Source: a virus. Taken from it: a DNA stretch of 64,000 nt. The position numbers and the translations under genes were made by a program. A model generated the notes under the pieces. The model worked only from the letters and a program-made list of their open reading frames with translations, was not told the origin of the DNA and ran no database searches. This document shows, piece after piece, positions 34,290 to 44,277 of this stretch. The stretch's first letter is position 1; each line of letters begins with the position of its first letter. The stretch spans positions 224,001 through 288,000 of the IMG/VR virus record IMGVR_UViG_3300010224_000001; one strand, written 5' to 3'.

Positions 34290-34859
34290 TTAACCGCGCT
34301 TGTAGTCGTTCGTTTGTTTAGTGTCGCCATATGCAGCTACTTCAGCAACACTGACATGCAGACGGCTATTGGAACCGGTCGAGCTGGTCTTGCCAACTTT
34401 GGTGGTATCGACCGGTTGAGCTGTTGTTTCAACGGCTTGTGCTTCTTCAGCATTCACAGTTACCACTTCTTTGGTTTTATCCAGATCCGGAGTGAGTGTA
34501 TCCGCAGGTGGTTCGATAGCGGCAGAGGCCGAAGCAGGGCTATCCGGAAGAGGTTCAACCATACGCGAATCCAGGACCTGCAGATCGCGATCAATCGATT
34601 CATCCACCCAGGTCGGGAGAGGCACGATCGACAGCAGGGCGTCACGACCCATGAAGCCAACTGCAGGCCAGCCACTCATCACAGCGGCTTTCATAAACCA
34701 TTGTTTCATGCGCAGTTCATCTTCATCCGAAGTCGACATGGTCTGCGCGCCATGATTTTGTTGGTAGTACAGATCCAGATAATCGTCGATGCTAACGAGA
34801 ACCGACGGGTGATTCAGTGAGCGATCTTTGTAATCAGGAAGGGTAACTTGTTGTGCCAT
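34290..34859 (-). CDS. hypothetical protein
   Basis: start MAQQV after GGAG SD. Confidence 0.6.
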   Translation of the reverse strand: MAQQVTLPDYKDRSLNHPSVLVSIDDYLDLYYQQNHGAQTMSTSDEDELRMKQWFMKAAVMSGWPAVGFMGRDALLSIVPLPTWVDESIDRDLQVLDSRMVEPLPDSPASASAAIEPPADTLTPDLDKTKEVVTVNAEEAQAVETTAQPVDTTKVGKTSSTGSNSRLHVSVAEVAAYGDTKQTNDYKRG

Positions 34860-34894
34860 GACATTCTCCAAGTAAAGTGTAAAGTAGTAAAAGG

Positions 34895-35359
34895 TTATTC
34901 GCTGAAGGTGAGCGTGTCGATACCCATACCGCAGACGGGGCTGTGTTTAGTCGCAATCTCCACCGCGCGTCGAGCATCCGCTCCCATTTCTAAGGCACCT
35001 GCTGCCAAGTCAGAGCCTGCGCCAATTGCCGTGAATGGTTGTTCATTTTGCCACGGCACATGGCTGTTTTCGTAAATGTAGGTACGATGACCTTTTTCAT
35101 CATCTCGAGCAATGCAAAGGATGATGTTTCGTTTCTCGGGATCCTTTTGGTTCTCAGGCATTCTATCCTGAGCAAACCCAGTTTGAGCCCATTCAAATAC
35201 TGCTTGCGCAGTTACGGTGTGACCAGACACACCTACCAACATCTCATGACCTTCCACGACAATCTTACGAATCTTCGTGATCCGTGCATTCGGGCCATGA
35301 AAATTGAAATTCATCTTGTCAGCTGCAAGCGTCTTACCATCCCAGACAATAACAGTGAT
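34895..35359 (-). CDS. Ntn-hydrolase (HslV-like) protease with probable ATC start
   Basis: frame extends to (I)TVIVWDGKTLAADK with GGAGG 5 nt upstream; AIGAG, VCGMG. Confidence 0.7.
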   Translation of the reverse strand: MTVIVWDGKTLAADKMNFNFHGPNARITKIRKIVVEGHEMLVGVSGHTVTAQAVFEWAQTGFAQDRMPENQKDPEKRNIILCIARDDEKGHRTYIYENSHVPWQNEQPFTAIGAGSDLAAGALEMGADARRAVEIATKHSPVCGMGIDTLTFSE

Positions 35360-35374
35360 AATAGCCTCCGTTTT

Positions 35375-35926
35375 TTAAGATTGATTAAAGCTATTCTTCT
35401 TTTGAAGATTAGGTAAAGCTGGAATAATGCGAAGATTGTTTTCAACATGCAAACCTGATACATTCTTTCCTTTTAATGGAACTTCATGATCAACGTGCAT
35501 TTGAATGCCAGTCTCCCTAGTCTCTTCTTGGGCCTGCTTATAGATAGATTTAATCTTTTCTTTATCAGCCCAAGGAGGTGTTGCTTGTTTCTTTTCTAAC
35601 CGTTGCTGCGCTGATCTTTTAGCATCAGCTTCTTTGTTGTTTTGTTGCCAATCACGACTTTGCTCCCGACGTTGTTCGCGATGAGACTCGTTGTATCGAT
35701 CCATAACCGCTTTAGCTGCTTCTGGGTTATTAGCTTTCCATCGAGCCTGTTTTTCTGCACCCTTCTCGGGATTATTCTTTTGATACGCTGCTTGAATAGG
35801 TTTGCGACATTCATTGCAATCCGGTCGATATCCTGTCCTGCTAGCGCTCATCCGATTAAAACAACTCACATCTTTAGTTACACCACATTTAGAGCAAGTA
35901 AGTGTGGTATAAACAATCACCGTCAA
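35375..35926 (-). CDS. HNH endonuclease with N-terminal zinc finger
   Basis: CSKC, CNEC, TPPWAD, HVDHEVPLKGKNVSGLHVENNL. Confidence 0.85.
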   Translation of the reverse strand: MTVIVYTTLTCSKCGVTKDVSCFNRMSASRTGYRPDCNECRKPIQAAYQKNNPEKGAEKQARWKANNPEAAKAVMDRYNESHREQRREQSRDWQQNNKEADAKRSAQQRLEKKQATPPWADKEKIKSIYKQAQEETRETGIQMHVDHEVPLKGKNVSGLHVENNLRIIPALPNLQKKNSFNQS

Positions 35927-35937
35927 AACTTTTCTCC

Positions 35938-36303
35938 TTAAATGTAGCTAGTGTATACACGTACGACTGGTTCAAGACCACCAACAGCACGCAGTTCAGG
36001 AATAGTCATTGTCGAATACTCAGACAACTTTACCAGCCATTCTTGCGGAAAGTCTTTGGTATGACCATTGCGAAACTTCGAGACACAGGTCGAATTGATT
36101 TTGACACGTTTCAAAAGCGCACCACGAGTAAGTGTTTTGGTGGACAACTGAACGTGGTCTAGAAGTCGGTCAATGGTGTTAGGTAAAGGGAGCCATTTAC
36201 CAGAAGGAAATTGGTTATTGCGATACAGCTTAACGCCATGTAATACTTTTTCTTCATGAGACGGATGATAACAGAACATCTCTAGTTCATTCTTAATTGG
36301 CAT
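35938..36303 (-). CDS. putative HTH protein (paralog of 18371-18763)
   Basis: W.PLP..IDRL..H, VSKFRNG, EWLV. Confidence 0.55.
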   Translation of the reverse strand: MPIKNELEMFCYHPSHEEKVLHGVKLYRNNQFPSGKWLPLPNTIDRLLDHVQLSTKTLTRGALLKRVKINSTCVSKFRNGHTKDFPQEWLVKLSEYSTMTIPELRAVGGLEPVVRVYTSYI

Positions 36304-36327
36304 TACGCACCTACTTATAATTGTAGT

Positions 36328-37068
36328 TTAAGGAACGATTAACAGACCCAACACGTCAGTGCCGATATCGCCAGGATGACGTTGCTTACCTGTCCACGGA
36401 TTGTACAGCCAGGCTACATGACCATGATAAGCACGATACTCGTCAGCGTAGTAAGGCTTTGGATGATCTGCGCCGGTAGCAGGATCATACCACATCATTT
36501 TAGCTTGCTCAGACTTGATATCTACTTTGGGATCGATGTTCGCCATACGTGCACGAACTTCATTGCATTCTCGTGCCTTGGCTTCTGCACGTTCCCAACC
36601 TTGCTTAGCGTACAGTTTAGAAGCACCCAACTCACGATGCAAGCGAAGGATCTCTTGTTTATCACGCATGTGTTCACGAGAGACTTCTGAATAAACACCA
36701 TAACTGTCTTCGGCTTCAGCGCCGCCCTTATTAATGGCCCAAGCAACATTCATCAACAGAGTCATGCGCTTACGCATCGTGTCTACAACTTCTTGCAGCG
36801 TCTTACCAGCCGAATAGCGAAGCCATGATTGGATTGACTGCAATTCGTTATCAGGACCAGGCTCGCCAGTACCGCTCCACAGTTTCAAGTAGTCCGCAAG
36901 ATACTGAGGCACTTCCATCGTTACTCGCTTTAATTGCGTCTTAACCTCTACAGCAATACCGAGTCGTTTGTTTTCAGCCGCAATATGTTCTTCACTGCAC
37001 TGACAGACATCGTCTTGATCGCCGCCACCTACAGTTAGGCAAGAGCGTTGATGTTGGAATTCATTCAT
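36328..37068 (-). CDS. hypothetical protein with C-terminal YNPWTG module
   Basis: YDPATG...WLYNPWTGKQR. Confidence 0.65.
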   Translation of the reverse strand: MNEFQHQRSCLTVGGGDQDDVCQCSEEHIAAENKRLGIAVEVKTQLKRVTMEVPQYLADYLKLWSGTGEPGPDNELQSIQSWLRYSAGKTLQEVVDTMRKRMTLLMNVAWAINKGGAEAEDSYGVYSEVSREHMRDKQEILRLHRELGASKLYAKQGWERAEAKARECNEVRARMANIDPKVDIKSEQAKMMWYDPATGADHPKPYYADEYRAYHGHVAWLYNPWTGKQRHPGDIGTDVLGLLIVP

Positions 37069-37186
37069 GCGTTTGGTTTCCCTTTCTTTTTGGTTTCGTT
37101 ACCTGTTTTTGGTTTTTGTGGTTTACGCTTTCGCTGAAGCATAACCTTACGGCTATACTTCAACTTAGCTTCTAAAGTGTCATCAG

Positions 37187-37465
37187 TCATGAAAGGCTAA
37201 ATGGATAAGCTTCCGCTGCCTCGCCACGAGCAATCTCTGCGCGTGACTTCCACACCCACCAGAGACAGTCGATGTCGGCATCAGCATAACGTGTTTCGTT
37301 CTCACAATCTCTGCGAAGCAAATAAAGTTTTAAATCTGGATCCCCAAGAAGAATCTTGTCAATCATGAAATCTTCAAAATCTTCTCGTTCCTTTTCTTCC
37401 TTTGCTTTGGTATTCTTGAGATTAGCTTCCGCTATATTGAGAACTGCTTGTATTGAGGCATCCAT
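37187..37465 (-). CDS. hypothetical protein
   Basis: 92 aa ORF. Confidence 0.55.
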   Translation of the reverse strand: MDASIQAVLNIAEANLKNTKAKEEKEREDFEDFMIDKILLGDPDLKLYLLRRDCENETRYADADIDCLWWVWKSRAEIARGEAAEAYPFSLS

Positions 37466-37477
37466 GATGAGCTATCC

Positions 37478-37936
37478 CTACACGACCTTATAACACGTCA
37501 CGCCATTTTTCTTAAAGAAGGTATCCCAACCAGGAATACCAGGCGCACCAATAATTTCTTGAACACGGGCTTTGACCGCTTTGATAATCATCGTTCCGAC
37601 ACCTTTACGACGATTCTCACGTGAGACATACACGTAAAGAATACGACGCACTACCACGCCAACACCAACGGGCGTACCAAATTTATCAATAGCCAGATAA
37701 ACATGGTGGGAACCGTTATGCTTGGTAGTAATGAGGGAACGATGCAAATTGCGATCTTTAATGAAGAGCTGATAGTCTAATGCAAGAGTAGCAGCTTCAT
37801 CAGTAGATAGTCCTTTTGCAAGACTATAATTTTGAACAGGCATTTCGTCAACCAAAGTTAGTAAACTCATATGGTTTATCACTTCGGTATCGTTTTGGAC
37901 GGTCTCCAACGAAATGCTTGCAAGTTGTGCGTTCAT
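37478..37936 (-). CDS. GNAT acetyltransferase
   Basis: VYVSRENRRKGVGTMII, FFKKNG. Confidence 0.8.
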   Translation of the reverse strand: MNAQLASISLETVQNDTEVINHMSLLTLVDEMPVQNYSLAKGLSTDEAATLALDYQLFIKDRNLHRSLITTKHNGSHHVYLAIDKFGTPVGVGVVVRRILYVYVSRENRRKGVGTMIIKAVKARVQEIIGAPGIPGWDTFFKKNGVTCYKVV

Positions 37937-37972
37937 TATGGTTGTGTGTAGTTGGTTATTATAGACGTGTTA

Positions 37973-38365
37973 CTAAGCGGCTGCTACGTTACTGGCAAGT
38001 GCGGGATGTTGGCCTGTGCTGAAGAACGTGTTGATATGTTTAGAAATCGTAACAGCAGCAACTTGAGTTTTCGGGTAATGAAAACCTACCATCTTAAACG
38101 CTTCGTCTTTAGCCAGATCATGACCAAAGCCGACTGTCCATTTATCTTGATCATGCTTACATTGCGTGATCTCAACAAACCTTACACCAGTGTGCTGACT
38201 GAATGGAGTGGAGTTAACACCAAACCGAGTTACGAACAGACGCATATACACGTCTTGGATGGAGACACAATGCAAGTAATACTTCTTCTTGCTTTTGAGT
38301 TTCTTCTCTACCAAAGGACGAATAGTCGCTGTTAGTAATGTTAGAGCGGACGAATAAGACGCCAT
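37973..38365 (-). CDS. hypothetical protein
   Basis: 130 aa ORF. Confidence 0.55.
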   Translation of the reverse strand: MASYSSALTLLTATIRPLVEKKLKSKKKYYLHCVSIQDVYMRLFVTRFGVNSTPFSQHTGVRFVEITQCKHDQDKWTVGFGHDLAKDEAFKMVGFHYPKTQVAAVTISKHINTFFSTGQHPALASNVAAA

Positions 38366-38367
38366 TG

Positions 38368-39489
38368 TTATTCCTTGTTGTCACCGTATTCAATATTAAG
38401 ACCGAAAGGATCGTCTTGAATCTGTTGTTCAGTACGTTCTTTACCAGTCCATGGGTTATATCGCCACACTACATCTAAGAAGACGCATTGTTGACGAAGT
38501 GTGCTACCGTCCCAATCACGACCGCTGATGTTTTCACCAGTCACTGGGTCGTAACTGATTCTGACGTTGTCAATATGTAAAGCATCGCCCGGTTCACGCT
38601 TCTTAACGATAGCGCGCTCATGAGACAGATCAATCGGCATTATAACACTGCCGACTTCAGGACCACCAACTTCAACCACCTGGAGCTTAACAGTCCCTGT
38701 TTTCTTTAACAGAACATTCTTACGTTTGGGGAAGTTAAACAACCAGCTAATTACTTTAACGGCATAGTGCGAACGACCGTAGTAGACATGCGCACGATTC
38801 TTATGGCTAACCGGGTAATAGGAGTTGTGACTTTGACCACTCGATGCTTCATTGATATCGCCGGTCCATTTAGAAATAACACGACTAGCTACATGTGGAT
38901 CTTCATAATGCACGACACTAGCTGAATTACGTTTTCGCGTCCAAGTCCCTAATGAATGTCCTTTCTCTTGCATTTCGTTTTGATGCGCGTAATAGTAACG
39001 AACATCGTCAATGACCTTAACGATCATGTAAAGTGGTGGCGGATTAGGATGAGTGATCTTGTACATAAGTGCTTGAGCGTCCCAAATAGCGCAATGCTGC
39101 ACCGCTCCTCTGAGTCGAGTTGGATAAGCATCAATGCGGCGCACGTCAAACTTAATACCGGGGATATTGATCATCGTACCTGGACCAGTCAGAAGTAGCT
39201 TACTAAAGTATGCGACGTCATCAGGCCAGTCAGTAATGATTTCGATATGGTTATCACCTGCGAAGAACTTCTCCAAGTCTTCCTGAACTTCTTTATTAGT
39301 CCTCCAGCGAATCGGAATAGGACCAGAATTAAGAAACGGTAGTACATTCTTTGCCACCCAAGGATCAAGAGAATTTCGAGCAGTATCTTTAAAACCCACA
39401 TACATAGAAACCAAATCTTCGCGGACTAACGCCATGGAGATTAATTCACCCATGTAACCATCAAACTCAAAATCGAGTGTGTATTGCAT
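38368..39489 (-). CDS. DEDD 3'-5' exo(ribo)nuclease (Rv2179c-like) fused to YNPWTG module
   Basis: LDFEF, DWPDD, HCAIWDA. Confidence 0.7.
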   Translation of the reverse strand: MQYTLDFEFDGYMGELISMALVREDLVSMYVGFKDTARNSLDPWVAKNVLPFLNSGPIPIRWRTNKEVQEDLEKFFAGDNHIEIITDWPDDVAYFSKLLLTGPGTMINIPGIKFDVRRIDAYPTRLRGAVQHCAIWDAQALMYKITHPNPPPLYMIVKVIDDVRYYYAHQNEMQEKGHSLGTWTRKRNSASVVHYEDPHVASRVISKWTGDINEASSGQSHNSYYPVSHKNRAHVYYGRSHYAVKVISWLFNFPKRKNVLLKKTGTVKLQVVEVGGPEVGSVIMPIDLSHERAIVKKREPGDALHIDNVRISYDPVTGENISGRDWDGSTLRQQCVFLDVVWRYNPWTGKERTEQQIQDDPFGLNIEYGDNKE

Positions 39490-39596
39490 ATTCTTTATTT
39501 CCCTATGTTAATAGATTTTCTATCCATTTGATTACCATAGGAAATAAAAAAAGAAAAGAGGGAGAGATTTATCTCTCGCCTCCTTTCAAACAACAA

Positions 39597-40673
39597 TTAT
39601 TCAACAAAGCCGAGTTTCGTACCGAAACGATTGATGGCTTGGCGCGCGCCGTACTCATCGGACAGCACTTCAGCAAGTGACCAGCTGTGACGACCAGTGT
39701 AGTCCAGAGGAGGTTTACCCATATCAGAACGAACCACACCTGCTTCTTCGTTTGACAAATGACGGAATTCGAGAATGTCGAAGCAACGACCGGCACGTAG
39801 CAGAGCCTGATCGATACGATTGACTGAGGGCAGATTGGTAACGAATACGATCTTCTTACCCTTGCGTTGGACCACACCGTCCGCAGCATTCAAGAGCGAC
39901 GACATCAGGAAGTTATCGTCTTCACGTTTACCCAGATGACGATCGATGTCTTCGTAGCCCAGAATGCGTGCTTTGGGATGCTGGAAGAAAGTCCTGAGCA
40001 GCGCAGGCGATTCAACCACCTCTTTGTTGTAAGCCAGGAACGCCTGATAGTTGCCATGCGCAATAAGGCTGCGCAAGAACGTCGACTTGCCAGTACCGGC
40101 ATCACCAAACATTACTAGGATCGATTCTTCTGCATCCATGAACGATTGGTAGTATTCTTCGAGAGGCACCGAAAGCCACGGATAGAAGCTTTGCTTTGCC
40201 ATCTTGAATTCACCCTCAGGGATGAAGGTCTTATCGGTTTCGACACGACCGTGTGAGTCGAGTTCAGTAGCGGTATGAATCACCGAACCCAACGTATTGA
40301 AAGTGTCTTTGAACCATTGGGCGATCGACTCGCATTCAAGCTGATCACCTACAGCCGTCATATCTGCGGTATGATCGCCGCCAGAGAAGATGGTGAAATC
40401 CACCATGTTTTCGATATGATTCTGATGTTCTTTGGCTTTCAAACCAAAGATACCAAGACGGTTTTCGACTGTGAGATAACCGCGCTGTTTCAATTCAGCC
40501 AAAATCTTCTCTCGCGTGATTCCTGTATCGAGAGAGAAACGCGTCAACTTTTGATTGACGGACGACAGTCCTGCTTCTAGGCGTGACAGCACAACCAGCT
40601 GAGGCCATTGAATGGACTTCTGTGATGTGTAAGTAATTTGATCAATGAGAGATTGGAGCGGAATGTTTTTCAT
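39597..40673 (-). CDS. AAA+ ATPase
   Basis: GDAGTGKS, YEDID, IDQALLRAGRCFD. Confidence 0.9.
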   Translation of the reverse strand: MKNIPLQSLIDQITYTSQKSIQWPQLVVLSRLEAGLSSVNQKLTRFSLDTGITREKILAELKQRGYLTVENRLGIFGLKAKEHQNHIENMVDFTIFSGGDHTADMTAVGDQLECESIAQWFKDTFNTLGSVIHTATELDSHGRVETDKTFIPEGEFKMAKQSFYPWLSVPLEEYYQSFMDAEESILVMFGDAGTGKSTFLRSLIAHGNYQAFLAYNKEVVESPALLRTFFQHPKARILGYEDIDRHLGKREDDNFLMSSLLNAADGVVQRKGKKIVFVTNLPSVNRIDQALLRAGRCFDILEFRHLSNEEAGVVRSDMGKPPLDYTGRHSWSLAEVLSDEYGARQAINRFGTKLGFVE

Positions 40674-40736
40674 GTTGGATGTATAATTGATTGTTATTAA
40701 AAAGGGAGAGCAAAAGCTCTCCCACTTATGACGCGA

Positions 40737-42437
40737 TTACATAAAGCCGCTATCTACACGTTTGGTGACCTTCAGGATATTCACCAAGGTGTATTTGAAA
40801 CGAACGCCACACAACTCAACTGCACGGTTTAACGCCGTTACGAATTCAGGACGAAGAGAGATGCGCTCGCTGATTTCGTAAAGAGAAAGCTTACCCGGCA
40901 CTGTCATATGTTTCATAGCCAGCGCAGTATAGATCTCCATACGCTTTTCAACGATGCTGTTGATATCAACACCCATGTGGTTAGTAGCTTTATAGCCAGA
41001 GGGAGCTGTAAACATGCCGTTAATACCTTCGTCATTATGGACCTTACCCGTCGGAGAATGGCTATTGATGTACTCGTCCATTTCCTTGGAATCCATACTC
41101 GAACTAGCATTCAAGAAATGGAAGTTCCGCAAGTCCTGCACGCCGACGTTAGTAATAACATCGCCAATGGTAACTACTTCATTGGTGTGATAAATTACAC
41201 TCTCAGGCGCTAAGGAATTGTCATTGAAGTACCGGTCAAAACCGCCGTTCGTGAAATTGTTGATGATGGTTCGCATTTCACGATGTGCTCCTTCGCTACC
41301 ATTTTTTAGTGCCGCCAACATCCCCAGCAGATCTTCCGACGAACTTGCCAATGATGGGTAGTCGAAGGAAACGATTGCATTCTCATGACATGCCTTACGC
41401 ATGAATTCAAGCACATTGTTTTCATCAACTTGCTCGAACTCCTTGCTGATCCGTTTGTTACCCCCCAAAAGTTTATTAACGCAGAGAATGCCATCCGAGT
41501 CTTTAAGGTTAGTGAAACCGTTAACCCAAATATACTCGTTATTGATCTTCTGCACCGAAGCCAAAATGGTAAGAAGGACTTCGTTATCAGAACCTTCAGT
41601 GCTTACCGCGGTTACGATAAAGCGAGGAATATACTTCTTAACTTCATCCTTCCCATCCCAGACCAAATCGAAATAACCATACGCAGTACCGAGTGGCGAG
41701 TTGGAGTTGTACACCGGATGATTGATTTGAGCACTTACTTCGTAAAGACTGATTTTAACATCAGCCCGGACCGGCGAACCGTAGTAGTTGTGGATCTTTT
41801 CTTGACAGTTAAAATCGATCTCCACATCAAAACGGCTATTTCTCGAAACCTCGGCCAGATTGAAAGGAACGAATTCCTTGTCATTGCGACTCATGCCGGT
41901 GGAGATCTCAGAGAGTGCTTTATTGCAAAGCGCCATTACGGTTTCAGAATTGCAGAAATCAACTTCCCAGGGAATGTAAGTTTCACCGCAGTGGATAGCA
42001 GGAGCACTTTCCTTTTCAAGTAACTCATTACGAATATACTGATTGATATCAACCATGAATTCACGATGAATAAGGTCGACAGCTTGCCGCGAAACCAGCG
42101 GCTTCTGGGTTCTGTTGAACAAGGTCGCGCCGTTTGGCGCCTGAGCCGGAAGATGAATGATGTGGTAGAAAAGCTGCCCGCTATCCTGCGGACGAACTGT
42201 CATCAGAATTGCGGTGAAGACGCCATCGTTTTTGTAATCGAAAGGGAAGGCACCGACGGACACATTCGACATCATGCTCTCTGCTTCGCTAGCGAACGCA
42301 TCCAGTTTGGTTTTGAATTCCGTCAGGAGACTGTTGCTAGACTTCGGACCGAAAGCGTGGCGTTTGAATAAATCTTTGAAATGATTACGCGGTTCTTGTT
42401 GGTTTTGATAGCCTTGCTGTTGTTTGCTGTTTTCCAT
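40737..42437 (-). CDS. chimallin (phage nucleus shell)-like protein, probably a divergent paralog
   Basis: GSPVRAD, GYFDLVW, YIPRFIVT, DLRNFHFLN, RISLRPEFVTAL match ChmA motifs as recalled. Confidence 0.6.
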   Translation of the reverse strand: MENSKQQQGYQNQQEPRNHFKDLFKRHAFGPKSSNSLLTEFKTKLDAFASEAESMMSNVSVGAFPFDYKNDGVFTAILMTVRPQDSGQLFYHIIHLPAQAPNGATLFNRTQKPLVSRQAVDLIHREFMVDINQYIRNELLEKESAPAIHCGETYIPWEVDFCNSETVMALCNKALSEISTGMSRNDKEFVPFNLAEVSRNSRFDVEIDFNCQEKIHNYYGSPVRADVKISLYEVSAQINHPVYNSNSPLGTAYGYFDLVWDGKDEVKKYIPRFIVTAVSTEGSDNEVLLTILASVQKINNEYIWVNGFTNLKDSDGILCVNKLLGGNKRISKEFEQVDENNVLEFMRKACHENAIVSFDYPSLASSSEDLLGMLAALKNGSEGAHREMRTIINNFTNGGFDRYFNDNSLAPESVIYHTNEVVTIGDVITNVGVQDLRNFHFLNASSSMDSKEMDEYINSHSPTGKVHNDEGINGMFTAPSGYKATNHMGVDINSIVEKRMEIYTALAMKHMTVPGKLSLYEISERISLRPEFVTALNRAVELCGVRFKYTLVNILKVTKRVDSGFM

Positions 42438-42479
42438 GATGATTTTCCTTTATTGATGAATTGAGTTGATATCGAGAGT

Positions 42480-42510
42480 ACGTCATAAAGGAGTAGTTTT
42501 CACTACTCCT
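42480..42510 (-). terminator. intrinsic terminator with TTTATGACGT tail
   Basis: AGGAGTAGT/ACTACTCCT stem. Confidence 0.75.
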
Positions 42511-42522
42511 CGTTGTTATTAT

Positions 42523-43017
42523 TTAGTCGTCCAGGTAAGTCTTTTTGGGTTGCGCAGCCGGACGACCACGGTAACCGTCAGGACCCTTCTCGACGAGATC
42601 ACGAAGGGTGTAGGTATAATCAGCATTTACGATCCGCATCGACGACTCTGGTAATTTGACGATGTACCAGTAATCGCGAGCGAATGCCAAGGTAATGCCA
42701 GCTTCGAAGAGCTTGTCCGAAAGCACTGCGTAGTATTCACGCAGTGCAAGATTAGCCATCGCATCTTGGAACATCATGCCCAATTCAATGCCGAGAATCT
42801 CGACCATCGCATCTTGATCGACAGGCACGACGTAACCCATGTAATCATCAGGCATCGGACGCACTGCAGGTTTACCAGGTTCTTGCCAGCCACGTTTACC
42901 AATCACCTGACGAGTGTCGTTACGATAGCAGATCGCTGCAATGACGCGCACTGCTTTAGTGGGCGTTAGCGGAACTTGTGCTTCGTGTTTGGAAGTCGAA
43001 CGGAAAGTGTGAGACAT
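42523..43017 (-). CDS. hypothetical protein
   Basis: 164 aa, AAGGAG SD. Confidence 0.65.
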   Translation of the reverse strand: MSHTFRSTSKHEAQVPLTPTKAVRVIAAICYRNDTRQVIGKRGWQEPGKPAVRPMPDDYMGYVVPVDQDAMVEILGIELGMMFQDAMANLALREYYAVLSDKLFEAGITLAFARDYWYIVKLPESSMRIVNADYTYTLRDLVEKGPDGYRGRPAAQPKKTYLDD

Positions 43018-43120
43018 TTATAACTCCTTTAAAAGGCACTCCATTTACAACAAAAAAGTAAGTCTACACATCGTCGTTATAGACGTGCTCCATGTAGACT
43101 TACTGCTACCATTCAGACTA

Positions 43121-43146
43121 GTGATATAGGTCTGAATTATTCTAGA
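43121..43146 (-). promoter_or_regulatory. phiKZ-type early promoter
   Basis: TCTAGAA-N11-TATATCAC. Confidence 0.6.
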
Positions 43147-44016
43147 TTAGCGAGGACGGCGGTTGTAATTAACACGGTAGGCTTGAATATCATAACCAAG
43201 TAATTCGACTTTGTTATTTTGCCAGTGTTCGTTACGCACTTGGACAATTTCGCCATTTACTTCAATCGTGCCGAACTGAAGATTAACAGTACCGGTAATT
43301 TTAACATATGCCTTTGCATCACCAAAATCTTGAATGCCGTCAAAATTAAGAACTTGGTCACGGTAATTACTCGCAACAGACGGTGTGAATACATTCAAAG
43401 CTTGATCGAGTAAACTGACTTTCACGACAGCGCCATTCACATTCGCGTAGATGTTAGCCAGGCTTACTGCCGGATCAATGCAGTCGGTGCAATCTTGAAT
43501 GCCGGTATTAATGAGCGCATCAACAAAGCTAATACCTAGCAGATCGAGTTTCTTACCAAATTGAAGAGCGGAAGTCAGAATCTCTTGACCTGCGAGTTCA
43601 ACAACGTTAGGAGTCAGTGTGTTGATGTTGACGAAGAAATCAGCAGACTCTTTCCTGTAGACCGGAACAATTGGAAGACCAGGAAGAGTTGCTTCTGCTG
43701 GAGCTTCTTCTGTTAAAATATAGCCACTGGTATCTTCGGCACCATACAGTTCCCAATCCTCAGCGAAGATGTCTTCCATATTAGGAATCCAGTTCTTAAC
43801 TAAGCAATTATCTTCGCCAAGTCTGGTTTCTACAGCCATTGAAAAAGTATGGTCTTGTTTACCTTCGCTGTAATAGGTAAACTTAAACACGTACCTTTTC
43901 ATAGGTGGAGTTTCCCAAGCTAGACGAGTAACATGAAAGCCTCGTTTCATGCGTTCTAGAGCATCGCCAAAGGAGAGACCAGTTCTCTTTTCTGCTTCTT
44001 GTGTAATTTCGGACAT
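43147..44016 (-). CDS. DUF2829/Tad2-like domain fused to a major-capsid-protein internal domain
   Basis: FGDALERMKRG..VTRLAW...W.P...DIFAEDW; then ADFFV, LDLLGIS, D.IDPA..L.N, N.NRR.R. Confidence 0.7.
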   Translation of the reverse strand: MSEITQEAEKRTGLSFGDALERMKRGFHVTRLAWETPPMKRYVFKFTYYSEGKQDHTFSMAVETRLGEDNCLVKNWIPNMEDIFAEDWELYGAEDTSGYILTEEAPAEATLPGLPIVPVYRKESADFFVNINTLTPNVVELAGQEILTSALQFGKKLDLLGISFVDALINTGIQDCTDCIDPAVSLANIYANVNGAVVKVSLLDQALNVFTPSVASNYRDQVLNFDGIQDFGDAKAYVKITGTVNLQFGTIEVNGEIVQVRNEHWQNNKVELLGYDIQAYRVNYNRRPR

Positions 44017-44277
44017 GTTTTGTTTTAAGGTAATAAGAGTTGAATCCTACGCCTCCTAATATTGGAAGCGTAGGTATTTTGTTATGCCGTCTTAACGAAT
44101 CGAAGCGCTATTACCTTCGAGCACACGCACTTCGTCATCAAAACGAGTATCCGGCACTTTGAAGGTAGAGCTAGGTTCTTGCTTAGCAGATTCGGTTTTC
44201 TGGTTTGCTTTGACCATTCGAGCGATGTCGTCAGTCAGAGGGACTTTACGTTTGGTGATTGGATCGTCCATTTGTAT

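Noticed and set aside
40737-42437. Major capsid protein
   Set aside because: Motifs fit chimallin; capsid-like motifs are instead in 43147-44016
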